Positions 14,035-26,507 of a DNA stretch of 64,000 nt are shown piece after piece. Under the pieces are notes generated by a model. It saw only the letters and a list, made by a program, of their open reading frames with translations, was not told the DNA's origin and ran no database searches. The stretch lies in assembly GCA_028534125.1 (NCBI GenBank), contig CM052817.1, forward strand, positions 66,466,001 through 66,530,000. Reading direction: 5' to 3'. Numbering within the stretch: the first letter of the stretch is position 1; each line of letters starts with the position of its first letter. A program made the position numbers and the translations under genes. The DNA comes from Lama glama. Lineage: Eukaryota.

Positions 14035-14439
14035 CTTCAGTAATAGCGACTAAAAAGCATTCATTTCCATGAAAGGAATTCAGAAAGGAACACATAAACG
14101 ATTTGGTATTGCTCTCAAGCCATAATTACCTATACTCTCTCTCTCTCTCTTTTTTTTCCTACTATTGCCACCATTTTATGTGTTGGAAAGAGGAGGTAGA
14201 AATGGATAGTGAGGGAGACAAAGAAACAAAGGAATGCCAACACGATTTTCTCTTGCTCAGAACTAGGGCAGCAAAATTAGATTTGCCAGTGGAACTGAAG
14301 TTAATTCTCTTTTTAATCTCATCAGCCGATCACGTGCTTTTGTCCACTGGAAAGCCCAAGGAAGGGACTGCAGTTTTATTTCATTTTCTCGATAGTATTG
14401 CCTGCAGTATAGTTTAAGACCCAAACCAGAGTTGACAGT

Positions 14440-14590
14440 AGATGATGTGAATTTAAGCCCCTCTCTGTGACTTACCATTGGTGTAACCTTTGGCAAGTTT
14501 CTCAAACTTTCTAATTTGTGTCTTCTCATGCTTAAAATACCGAGTTAAATTGAGTTAAAGTAGTTTTCTTAAAACTGTAACACTATGAAT
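14440..14590 (+). mobile_element. MIR3-like SINE
   Basis: tgtaacctttggcaagtttctcaaactttct core and aacactatgaat tail. Confidence 0.55.
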
Positions 14591-14699
14591 AGCAAAAAGT
14601 ACACCATCATATGATTGTGATTGGACTTTGTGTATTATTACAATTGAATGGAATTTCAGTGTATGTTACTTTGAAATGTGGCACATTTACAGTCAAGTG

Positions 14700-15304
14700 T
14701 TAAGCAGTTAGTTACTCAGTTAGATGTGAGGCCCGCTTCTTGGGGCCGTGGCTGGACTGAAGACTCCCTGGCTTGGTCAAGGAATTCTTTCCAGCTGCCA
14801 AGAACAAAACTGAGTCTGGTGCAAGCAAGACAAGCTTTATGCTCATGCTCTAAAGGCACCTCCTCCCTGGAAGGAGGGGAGCAAGGGAACTTGAAGGGGT
14901 AGGAAGCAGGTAGGCCATGTGGGTTCTATGAAAGGCGCAGACATTTCTGGGGGCTGCTGGGGCAGCTGCGGCACGAGCAGTTTTCAGAGTTCCTTTGCCC
15001 GTGGCACACATTGTGCCTAGCGGAGTACAAATCCCCACTTTGGGCGGCGATCTTAGCTTGGTAATGAAGCAAAGGTTAACTTTCAGACACCTCCAGGTTT
15101 CATGTGAGCAGGCGTGTTCTGTGGTCAAGTCAGAGCCAGTTGGGGGTAGTTGACCACTGTATGTCTCTCAAAGCACGTATCTGTCAAAGTACAGCTGCAG
15201 AGCTTGTCTGCCAAACCCCTGGTACTTTTGAAACAAACACAGAGATAAATCAGGGTAAGTGTCCTTTAGCTCTCAGGAGTTGGTATGGAAACACAGAGGT
15301 AAGT
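14700..15304 (+). promoter_or_regulatory. Candidate intronic promoter / alternative first exon
   Basis: Locally GC- and CpG-richer sequence with no repeat I recognise. AGGAAG at 14901, CAGCTG at 14963 and 15192, TGTGGT at 15120, and two consensus donors AGG|GTAAGT (15254/15255) and GAG|GTAAGT (15298/15299). Confidence 0.4.
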
Positions 15305-16824
15305 CAAGGCTAGGAAAGCCTCTCTGCCTGCTGCCTTGGATCTAGCTGCTTCAGTCTGGTCTTGTCACTGGTCTTTGTGGCATCCTGTTGGTAAAACACA
15401 TTTAGCCTGTTTGGCTAAAGACAGTTTCTGCGCCTGGGGCTTGGGCTGCATAGCACTGGGGACAAAGCCACTTTTTAGTAAAAAACCTCGGGGACTTATA
15501 CTGAGGATGGAGGTGGGGACAGGACAATAAATATCCATCTTCAGTGCTGAAGTTGGTAAGCAATTGAGAAATAAGACAAAAGAATAAGGCCAAGAGGAGA
15601 CTGGATATTGCCTTTATCATTGATACAGTTGGCTCTGGCGAATGCGGTGGATCTCTAAGTTGCCTTTATATAAGCCACAAAGAGTATGAGGCTATCACTG
15701 CATGGAAGAAAGTAACTTGTTGGGTCACGTTTCCCAGATATATTTTCTTAATTAGTAACCTAGTTTGTGTATTTAATTCTCAAATGAACATACCCTTTTC
15801 CACTCCTTTTTTTACTCAAAGTAGGTCTGTGGTTTAGGCCTTTTCTTCAAAGCAAAGTGGACAATTAGAGATACTGCCCAGAGTTCTATCCGCTGGGATG
15901 GTTTCCTTTCACCTTCTCTTCCAGGGACAATCATGAGTGGGGCCGTAATGCAACAGCCATTCACTTTGGACTGGTTCCAGTATTTCTTCAGATCCAAAGC
16001 ATGTAGTATTTGTTTTGATTTACTGTTTTGATGGTGATGGAGGGGATGGGGTTAAATAGTTCCAAAGACTTACATTTTTCCCTTCCAATGATAAAATCCT
16101 CATTCTCTGTAAGGATCCTGCCATTGGCTATGTACATGCATTACCACATACATTCCTGGCTTAAAAATACCCACAGGATATCCCTGTGGGCCCACTAGGA
16201 CCATTATTAGACATACCTAAGGCAAGATGCTATTTATCATCACACCTAACTTCCGTAAGTTCCCTCTTACCAGTGTGCTGTAGTGGCACTTTGGGGCCAC
16301 CAAAATGGGGAAACACATAGCTGCAGGTCTCTGACAAATGCTTGGGAAAAGATCTGTTATATCCATGTATAGCATAGAAGAACTCTTTCTCAAAGGGACT
16401 TGGTCATCCCTCGGTCAAAGGGCTCTGAGTCTGTAAACTGTAAGGGGGCTTTGAATTCCCAGTACTGCAACTTAAGTCAGTTTCTGCACCCAAACCTAGA
16501 ATTGTTTTGTTTGTAAAGGTGACATTGAAACTTCATAGGTTATACAAATACTTCTTATCTAGGGACCCTCAGATCAATTAGTTACCACAACAGATCCCTG
16601 TGGTGAAAAACACTTTGATTACTTAAATTGCCTGTAATAATTATATGCTGCCATTAATTCTCTACCGATCCAGGCTTCATTATTCCCCCACTGACATCAA
16701 AAACTTCATTTCAGAGATCCAATTTGTCATCATTGTCTCCAGGCTACGGAGGACAGACATCACAGAGCTTTTCATGATTGAATTTCTTAATGCTTAGTGA
16801 AGGGAATGTCAGAATTCTCTACAG

Positions 16825-17116
16825 CAAGGGTCTGCAGACTGAAGCCAACAGGCAGAATCCAGCTGGTGGCCTATTTGTGTACAGCCTGTGAGCTAAGAAT
16901 AGTTTTTACATCTTTAAAGGGTTATTAAAAAGAAAGAAAGAAAAGGAGAAGGAGGAGGAGAAAAAGAAAAAAATAAGGAAAGAAGAGAGGGATAAACAGA
17001 GAAAGAGGAAGAAAGAAAGGGATGAAGAAAGGAAGAGAAGACATCCTATATTGCCCATAAAGCCTCAAGTATTTATCATCTAGCCCTTTACAGAAAAAGT
17101 TTGCCTGCTGACCCCG
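16825..17116. mobile_element. MER58-like hAT MITE with an internal purine-rich (GA) expansion at 16926-17041
   Basis: caagggtctgcagac...gagctaagaatagtttttacat...agccctttacagaaaaagtttgc...tgacccc. Confidence 0.8.
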
Positions 17117-17759
17117 TGTATCCACTGTGGTAGGCAAGTTCTAGCATAGTAATCACATGGACTGTAGATCATTAGGGAATCCAAGCTTTACTTATACATT
17201 CTAATTGGTTGTTAATGCCTCTCAGGTACTTTAGATAACACATTAAATTCTGAATTTTATATGAATATAACCATATTGATGAAATCAGTGGGATACAGTC
17301 CTTTGGTTTGCCCTCCTTGGTCTAATAACTCTTAAAATCCGTTCCATACATACTTTCCAAACCCATGCTGATATCTTTTGGCAAGATCCTGTAATAATTT
17401 CTGTGTGTACAGTAGTTTCTCTAGAATATTCCTTTTGCTTATGGGAACTAACTTTAGTTATTGACCTTAGAGGTAATCAATGAGGGGTGTTGGCATGGGT
17501 ACAGAGAAAAGTTGACACTGCTTGTAAAGCAGTTGCCTCAAGTGAAGTTCTAGAAGGCTTTTTATTTTGTTTGTGTTTATTTGTTTTTACAAAGAGTGCA
17601 AATTCTCTTGGTTAAAAAAGATCCAGCGGTATTTGGGAGTTAGTTTTTAGCCTCATCTCTGCCCAGTATTTCTCTCTCAAGTCAGGATTTCACAGCTTCC
17701 TCAACAATGCTCTTACATTAGTTTAAGATTCTTGGAGGGTTTTACCTGCTACTGAAGTT

Positions 17760-18490
17760 ATAGCTCTGTCTTTGTGTGAGTGCATGCTGTCTAAGACAGA
17801 GAAGCCATAATACCAACCCCCTCCATCTCTGTGATCCCTGTTGCCACCATATTAACTAAATTTCATAGATACTTGATTTCCTAAGACTTTCTCCTCCATT
17901 GACAGTCCATCCCATATGCCATTATGTCATTATGTGGCTTCTGCATGCCATAAATTGTCAGTGTACTATTTCCACTTAGTGAGGGATTGCTTGTGTCCTC
18001 CACAGTTATGTGAGCAACCCAAATCCAAAACCCATTCTTTAAGGGTCTATTTCCTGTGGCCACTCCTAGTTCCTGTATTTATCAGGATCCTAGCAAGAAA
18101 CAGATACCACCACAAAGATTTTAACGGAAAGAAATTTAATAAAAGGATTATTTGTTAAGATGTGCAGGGCTGGAGAACCCAAAGAGAGATAAGGAAGAAT
18201 TTGAAGACCAAGCAGGACTTCTTTACTATGCCAGTGAGGGAGGTGGAGGAAAGATGGTTACTAGAGATCCATAAAAACAAGGTACAGAAGAAAAGTCCCA
18301 GAAGAGCCACAAAAAAACCAAAAACCAAAAAAACAACCCCCCAAAAACCCAGCCATGGCCAAAATTCGAATGGGGAAGGGAGTGGCAAGTCCAGTAAATA
18401 ACCTCGTAGTTGCTTTCTTTCACTTTCTGGTGTTCTGATGGTGCTTTCCATTGGAGTGGGCATGGGAGCCAAAGTGATGTAACCCACAAG
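17760..18490 (-). mobile_element. ERVL remnant: LTR (about 18073-18490) plus start of internal gag region
   Basis: Antisense ERVL leader cccattctttaagggtctatttcctgtggccactcct next to an LTR end tgtatttatcaggatcctagcaagaaacagat. Minus-strand translation gives decayed gag-like FWIW...TDNLWHA...WDG...EEKVL. Confidence 0.6.
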
Positions 18491-19264
18491 GAAGGATTAA
18501 ATCTGGAGAGATCAAAAAAAATGTATTAAGATCCTCAGGAGATCATTCTTGAGTGTGAACTGGAGAAATGAGAAACACGTAAGACACTGTGTGAGATAGT
18601 ACTGCTACCATATTTAATTGATCTTGATAGTGTTTTTTTTCAGGCTGGTTGAATTCTGTGAAATCAGAATTCATCCTAAAATTTGCAGTATATCAGAGTT
18701 TATTTGAACACAGTATTCTTTTCTTGGAGAAGTATCAAATAATGGGCTATCTTGTGGTTAAAGTTGTCTTAGATTCAGTAATCTATACAGTAATGGCAAT
18801 AAAAGGAGGGAGATGATATAAGCATTGCAAAAAAAGAATTCCATAAATTTGTACTAGGTAAGTTTGAAACATTTTAAAACCACCTCGCAGATCTAGAATC
18901 ATTTATGTTTATCCTTTTAAAAATGAACTATTAACAATTGGCATTAGCGATAAAAAGTGATGCAGGTAGAATTGAACATTTGTAGTTTATATATAAGGCG
19001 GTAAGAGGCTTTTGCAAAATAATCCTGTAACAGTTAACACCATGCTTCCTTTACAGAAAGGAAAAAAAAATTCTCTTTCAAGGTTGTTCTCTGAAGCATA
19101 GAATCATTTATTTGCATGTTAAAAGGAAAAAGCGGAAGATTTTGCATTTGTATAAAAATAATTTTTGCTGGTTATTATTCTTCACCATAGCTGAAAAGCA
19201 TAATCGTAAAATGATGTGTTGGTACCTTCCTCTATTTGAAAAGAAGAATTAAGTTAATTAACAT

Positions 19265-19754
19265 ATTATAGAGCTTTCCCCTGAAGAAGACTCTGAGAAA
19301 TGGATGTGAGTTCAGGTAGTTTATTTAGAGGATGAGCCTATGAAGCACTGGTGAGAGAATTGAGAATGTGAGACAAGAGAGAAAAGCCAACAGTGTGTGT
19401 ATTAATAAGCAGAATAATGTGATGAGCTGTTATAATTAATACCACTAGGACCTCTCTAATTACTGTGGAGAACAAACCTCAGAATTGTCCCACTGAAGAT
19501 GGAGAAGCTGACTTATTTGCACACTGACTTCCATCCCTTATTGACTGAGGGTTACCCCCCAGGCCTCCATGTACCAAATCCCCAGCACTTCTGAGTTGCC
19601 AGGCAGGCACACGGGTGGAGGAAGTGCCCTCAGCTCCAGAAAAAGTAACAGCAAAGTAGAGGTTGGAAGTGGTTAGTGTGCTTAACAACTGAGCACCAGG
19701 CTGAAGCTAGTGGGCCAGGAAGATGTGGGATGTGTATCAACAGCATCTGCTACA
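19265..19754 (-). mobile_element. LTR16-like ERVL solo LTR
   Basis: Ends cagcatctgctaca (reverse complement tgtagcagatgctg); begins cccctgaagaagactctgaga...gtagtttattt. Confidence 0.75.
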
Positions 19755-21589
19755 CAGATGTATGTAAAAAACACCGGATACTTTTTACCACTGTGAGTAA
19801 GTGAAATTAACCAACCTTCCTGGAGGAGAGATGAGTTACACCGTATTTTGCTACCTTAATGTCTTTGGAAAACCCTTCATTTTGTTCCCCTGTTGTACTA
19901 GTTAGCGTAGAAACTTACAGTATAAGACCAATTCAGTTACACTTACTGTATAATTTGAGTAATGTATATATTTGTATGTGATTATATCAAGATTAATGTT
20001 CACATTATCCATTATGGCTATAACTCATTTCTTTCTAATTTTCTGTTTTCTTCTGCACTTTGGTTACCAGTTAGTTGCATCGCACAGTCTTTTTCCATTA
20101 CACACGCAAACCTGGGTAAGGGATGGGATCTTATTTAAAAAGAAGAAAATCTGTCATTTGAAGCTGTACATATATAACAGGAAGGATTTGGAGTTACGGT
20201 CAGTCTCGTTCTTTGGTAGTATGTAGTATAATTTGTTCGCACAGCAAAAACAATTATTGATTTCAATTATTAGTATACATTTTCTTCAAGCTTAAAGATT
20301 TGTTCAGTATTTTGTAAGATAAATAAATAAGGCATCATTACGGAATCTGAAAGAACACTTTACAGTAAATTTATAAATTATTTTGTTCCTCCCATTGCGG
20401 TATAAGCTGTCATTGATGTTGCTAGTCTTGAGATTTACATTTTAAATAATTTATTTGCAGACTTTAATTGCATCTTCAGTAGCAGTTTCCTTTTATCTTG
20501 ATGATTTCCAGGAATGAACATTTTGTGTTTCTATATTTCAGGTTCATCTTTTATTATATCATTTAACGACCTATGAAATTTAGCCAACATTAATGACAAT
20601 AACCCTCCTTAAATGGGCAGAATAATGATTCAGGTTTGATTTAGTTCAAGTGTATAAAACAAAGTGCATTGCAAGGCAAGTGGGCTCCTCTTGAGAGATC
20701 GTAGAGAACTATCATTGGGTCTACAAACTAGATGTCACTCAAGGACAAGCTACTTTCTAGAATAAGGATAATGAAAAGCCCTTTTATTAACTTTTGCACT
20801 TTTACTCAACACGGTTTCATACAAAAAGGTTGGATGGTAACATAAAGACCAGTTACTGTCTTCATAGCTGTGATAAGTTAATCAGTGTGATCATCAGTAA
20901 AATAAGAGTAACAAGGCCAACTCCATACAGTTTTATGAGTATTAAATGAAGTAATGCACGTTAAATGCTTAGGAACATACCTGGTACGTGGAAAGTCTCA
21001 GTAACTAATATTTGAGAAAATTAAAGATTAAAAGCCTGAAATAACTTAACCCATAGAAAAGAAAGGGATGGCATTTAATGCCAGTCTTCAGGTTTCTGAA
21101 AATTGTCAAACAGGTTACTAAATACCAGTCAAATATAAATTTTAAAGGAAGTGCAATTTCAGCACCATAGTATAGTAAGAGAGAATTCCTGTCTAATTTT
21201 CTTGGGAAGTTTTGAGAGGGAGATTATGATTGTCTCTAGAATTGATTTCCTGTGGTTGTCTTCCTATGGTAGTGTGATACCCAACTGTATGACTTGGGAG
21301 CGTCCATTCTGTACTTTCATACATGTTCATAGCTTAATCTGTAATTTTAGTGATTTAAGTTTTAGAATCAAGAAGGAAGTTCTGTAAGTTCTTCATAGAC
21401 AACCATACTCTTGGAGTGTGTTACATGGTCTGTTTCCTCTTTTCCCTTTAATAGGAAACCAGACTGCCAGTGAGCTTTCATAAACTCAAACATACTTGTG
21501 TTTAACCTGTAGGCTGCTTCACAGTGACTAATCTAGCTCATATCAGTACAAGAATCTATTTTAATCTTTTAAATATGTTATTGTACACT

Positions 21590-21800
21590 TTACTGTTAGA
21601 GGTTAAAAGCACAGACAGTAGGCTCAGACTGAGTGCACTGGAATCATAATTCTATTACCTATTCAGTTTTCCCATCTGTAAGATAAGACTAACGTTAGTA
21701 CCTTAATAGGGTAAATTTTGAGAATTAAGTGAAATGACATATGTACAACAATGAAGAGTCCTAGTTTATTTTAAGCAGTTGATAATTTACATTATTATTA
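21590..21800 (+). mobile_element. MIR SINE
   Basis: ggttaaaagcacagac...cagttttcccatctgtaagat...gagaattaagtgaaatga. Confidence 0.65.
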
Positions 21801-23280
21801 GTTTTATTTTTACTCCAATTATTCTATAACTAAACCACTGCTTACTCTGGCTACATATAATATAAAGAAAACTTTTTCTCTACTGTTCCTAAAACATAAA
21901 AAATGTTGAAAGTATAACACCATGTCTGTGCTTGTTCATTAAGTATTTATTTAGCATTGAGGGTGGGTGAAATACTACATAGAGAATAGCAGATCTATGC
22001 TGATTCGTATACAACTTGTGTGTGATTCCTGTATGCTTTCTGCTGGATGTTTTTTCTCATTCTGTATATATGAATATATTTAAAAATTTTTGTTGACTAT
22101 CTGTTCAAGAAATTGTGCTAGGCATTGTGTAAGAACCAATGGGTTGAAAGAGGAAGCATCTATCCTTGGAGATACTATTTATATCGTAAGAAAAGACATA
22201 GATAGTTCAATAAAAATACAGTAGCTCTCAAAATCATTATGGTGTTAATTGCCACATCAGTGGCGTGGAAAATACATGTTCTATATCCAGAGGAAAAAAG
22301 ATAAATGTAGAATACAGGTGTTTTGGTGTTTTGTTCATTGTACTCATGATAATACCTTACAAACTGATTTTTAAGAATGATTACTTTTCTTTATAAAGTA
22401 TTACAAGTTTACTGCAAAAATATAAATGATTTGAAAGAGTAAGAAAAAGGAAGTCATACATCTCTCAAAAATTTCTCTCTCATAAACATCTGTTGCTAAC
22501 AATGGAATTACTGCATACTTTGAGTATCTGGGCAAGATTATTTTAAAATGAGAACATACTCTATGTACTATTTTTAAATATAATAACTTACTTTAAGTTA
22601 TTTTAAATTAATATAAAGTAAAACGGAAGGACATTAATTTTCAGATAAGAATTCATTTACTCAGAATACTTTCTAAGTTTAATGATGATACAAAAAAGCA
22701 GTAAAAGAATGGAGTCACTTACTTAAATTCAAGGTTCAAATTTAGGCATTATTAAAAGACTGAATTCTGTGAAGGATGATATTAGTAGTTTATACTTTCT
22801 CCTCCCCAAGTGCTCAGTTTTCCTATTCTATGATTACTTTTATTTCATCAAGATTTTTAACAGTTGCATTTTGTGATGCCATCATAACCCTCTTGATATT
22901 TAGTCTTTGATCTAAACATACATGTATTCGACTTACTGTGTGCTCTTTGTCCAAAGTGTGTACATTTCCATTTTGCTTACTTTGGTTCTTCTATTTGCTG
23001 GCTGGACTTTTCTTTGTTTAAATTTTGATCATAGTTACACTTCCATATTGAACAGTGATAAAACATCTGTAATGAAAACCAGCAGTCCTCTGCTCTTCCT
23101 CTTGCCAAACGCAATTCTCTTCCCCATAGGAACCTTAAGAATTACCATTCTTTCAATTTTTTTGTTGTTCTAGTCCATATTTCTAAAAGATACATTTATA
23201 CTACTATTTCTTGCTTTACTAATTATAACTATTATCTATTGGTTTTCTGTGAGTAACCTAGGTAAGAATTGTCAGTCTCT

Positions 23281-23383
23281 CTCTCTCTCTTTTTTTTTTT
23301 TTAAGAGGAGGTACTGGGTATTGAACCCAGGACCTCTTGCATGCTAAGCATGTGTTCTACCACTTTGAGTTATACCCTCCTCC
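23281..23383 (-). mobile_element. tRNA-derived SINE (camelid Vic-1-like)
   Basis: Poly(T) then gaggtactgggtattgaacccaggacctcttgcatgctaagcatgtgttctaccac...tataccctcc (antisense A/B boxes). TSD core TCAGTCTCT at 23272-23280 and 23390-23398. Confidence 0.85.
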
Positions 23384-23482
23384 TGGATTTCAGTCTCTTG
23401 ATCTGACACTTCCCTCATTCTCCAGGATATTTAAATCTCAACTTGTAGCTAAATTACTAGTCCTATTTTACATTATTATGAT

Positions 23483-23836
23483 TGTCTTAATCTGTTTAGG
23501 CTGCTTCAATAGGATACCACAGACTTGGTAGCCTAAACACCAAACATTTATTTCTCACAGTTCTGGAACCTGGCAATCAGATCAGAGCGCCAGCAGGTGG
23601 AATTCTGGTGAGGTCCCTTTTCCGGGTTGCACAGTACTGACACAGACTTCTTTCTGTGTCTTCACATATAGCAGGAGGGGCCCGGGATCTCTCTGGAGCC
23701 TCTTTTATAAGGACATTAATTCCATTCGTGAGAGCTCCACCCTCATGACCTAGTCACCTCCCATCAGCCCACCTTGTAATACTGTTCGTATCAACATGTG
23801 AATTTGGGGTAGGACATAAATCTTCAGTCCAAAACA
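23483..23836 (-). mobile_element. Solo MaLR LTR (MLT1A-like)
   Basis: tgtcttaatctgtttaggctgc...cttcagtccaaaaca, 354 bp, perfect 5-bp TSD ATGAT at 23478-23482 and 23837-23841. Confidence 0.9.
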
Positions 23837-26049
23837 ATGATTATCTACACGTTTATACTATTGATCCAAAGAGTGTATAATGATCTTGCTTTCTTTTTTG
23901 TTTTTTCTGTAATTAATTTAACTTTCTTTTGCATTTTACATGTAAAAGATTGTAATGTACCTATCTTTAATGTTTTTTTCAAAATTTCCTATCAGAACTG
24001 TCAAACTTGTATTAGCATTTTTCCTCAAATTTTCAAATACATGTTATAATGTTTCAATTGCTTTATTAGTTTATTTTCCTTAGAGCTCCCTCCCCAAATT
24101 CTCCATCCATCTATTATAAGTCCCTGGGCCTCCTGAACATCTGCCACCCTGTAATATTCTTTTTTTCTTTTGATATTTTAATTTACCTTTTTATTGCTGT
24201 GTAACTTATACAATCTAAGATATACGGATGAATAGAATTTTATATATGTTTTCTTTGTATAACACTCAGATCAAGATATAGAATATGTTCAGTACCCCAG
24301 CAGGCTCCCCTTGATCTGCTTTCATTACTTAATCTTGCCCCCAAATATTCTCATCTGTATCACTGTGGATCTTTTTTTCCTTCTGTTTTTGAACTTCATG
24401 TAGATACAGTCATTCAGTATATACTCTTTTTCTTCTTTCACTCAACATCATATCTTTGGATTCATCCATGTTGCATATAGCAATGATTCATTCTTTTTCA
24501 TTGCTGTGTAATATTCTATAGTATGAATGTACTATAAAATTATTATTGTAAGAAGTGTCTTATTATTCATTATAATCTGGCTTTGAAACTGCTCTGAAGA
24601 AATCTATTACCAACCTAATATTTTTCTTTTCTTGGATGCCTTGCTTTTCTTTCTTAGCTATATGAAGTTTTATAATCATTAAACCAAGGGCAATTTAATC
24701 AGGATATGTTTTCTCTGAGACTTTTTCTTGGAACATGATTATGACTCACTGATCCATAGAGTTGATTCCTTTTTCTTCTGTATTTTAAGTACTTTAAAAT
24801 TTATATAGGAAATATTTTAATGTGTCTTTTGTTCTCTTTTACTTCAAGTTCTTGGATTATCTTTATAATTGAATATTTTCCTTTTTTTACTCTTATCCAG
24901 ATACATCAGATTTTCACCAATTGCTTTAACTTTGTTCTCTCTTTTTGTATTTACTGTGAAAATATCAAGCTTTTCTTTGAGGCCAGAAATTAAAATATAT
25001 CTATTTCTAGTCTAGTCATTGCTTTTTCTACTTTATTTATTAGTTGAGCAATGGTATTGTTTGGGCTCTCAACCCATCTCCTTATCTACTTATTATACCT
25101 TTTCAAATTATTCTTTTTTTAAAAAATTAGGTCAACTTGTCTTTGAACTCTGGTTTTATTTAACCTATGCTCTTTTTTTATACCATGAAGGACTTTTATG
25201 GAGTTTTTCTTTCCTGCTTATAATTTCTACTAGTCTTTGCATGCTGTGTTACTTTCACTGTCATGATGACCATATTATTGTTGTTAATACTATTTGCCAT
25301 CATCTCTTTCCATAACTGTGAATTTGTATTGCTGATCCTTTTATCTTGCTGATGAGTCTCTAAGTTCAGTTTCTATTCGCATAATACTGTGTGGGTAAAT
25401 TATTCTTTAAATTCCCCTCCCTATCTTATTTCCTACTTTAAATTTTCTCCCCCAAGCTATAGTTTGAGAAACAAAATCTGTATTCTAGTTAGTTTTTATG
25501 GCTTGAGAGAAAAGAGGAGGAGAAGGAAGATCTGTCAGTGTGACCCTCTGGTTGGAGGTCATGGGTCTGAGTCCCAGATGAGACCTTGTTGTCTGCAAGG
25601 CCCTCTCCTCTGCCCAGGTATGTGCTTGAGTTCCTGTGCAATTTGACTGGCTTTCCTGTCTCAGCTTTGAGCCCTGGTTCATTTGGGAGGTTAAGCCTTT
25701 CCTGCTTTTGCAGACGCCCCCAATCACTTTCCAGTGGGGAAGACATTTATGACCACCCTGGTGGTTTTGGTGATTTATAAGTTTCTTCATCAGTACTAGT
25801 TCTAGGGTGGGAGATAGGTTTAGGATTAGTGCTGCCTCCCTAGAACCTTCTGTTTATTTCTGCAGCATCAACTTTTTAGTTTATGACATGAGATAGTATC
25901 CCCTTTATTTGTTTTTTTTTTGCTGTTGAATTATTCTCTTTTTTAAATGTTTACTTTGTTAGTTTTCTGGGCATGGGAATTCTATAATCTGTCTTGATGT
26001 ACCCATCTTTAGCTGGAAGAAGGATTTTAAAATCCTTTAATGTAAATTC

Positions 26050-26240
26050 TCTTAATTCTCCTTAGGATAACACGATTCATTAGGTAGGGCTTATTTTTTT
26101 TTAACTTCATTTCATAGGTGAAGAAACAGTGACTGAAAGGAATTAAGTGGCATAATCTAGGTAAAATTTTGTGGTTACTGGCAAAGTCGTGTCTGCCAAC
26201 CCAACATCCCTAATCCCACAGAATATTCTTTCCATTCTGT
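26050..26240 (-). mobile_element. MIR SINE
   Basis: catttcataggtgaagaaacagtgactgaaaggaattaagtg. Confidence 0.65.
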
Positions 26241-26479
26241 CTCAAGGTCTCTCATTTATTTCTATTGCGCTTCCTAGAGCCACATTTGTGCAGTGAGTAC
26301 AGCGTGAACTCTGCGCTGCATCTGAAGGATTACTTTAATCCCATAGGATTATGTTGGGGATAATGTGAATTATATTATTGGTCTGTGGTATAAGCAAATT
26401 AATATATTCCTTAAAGAGTACATTTAATTCTTTGAGAAATAATAATATAACCTGCTATTAGCATGTCAAATATAAGAAA

Positions 26480-26507
26480 ACTAATACATTAACTTTCTCT
26501 TTTCCAG
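26480..26507 (+). promoter_or_regulatory. Branch point and polypyrimidine tract of the exon 2 acceptor
   Basis: CTAAT at 26481-26485 (second candidate TTAAC at 26489-26493), then ctttctcttttccag. Confidence 0.65.

Larger units (their letters stand above)
22780..25980 (-). mobile_element. Cluster of degraded antisense L1M fragments hosting a nested SINE and MLT1A; an L1 3' end lies at about 24170-24550
   Basis: T-rich antisense L1 motifs such as cagatcaagatatagaata and gattcatccatgttgcatatagcaatgattcattctttttcattgctgtg. Confidence 0.55.
1..26507 (+). other. BANK1: BANK1 intron 1, distal part; canonical exon 1 is presumably upstream of the window
   Basis: No CpG-island exon encoding the Pro/Gly-rich BANK1 N-terminus is visible. 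Ends in a branch point, pyrimidine tract and AG. Confidence 0.7.

Noticed and set aside
16170..16190. Hairpin CCCACAGG-ATATC-CCTGTGGG
   Set aside because: An 8-bp stem is expected by chance in 64 kb, and there is no supporting context.
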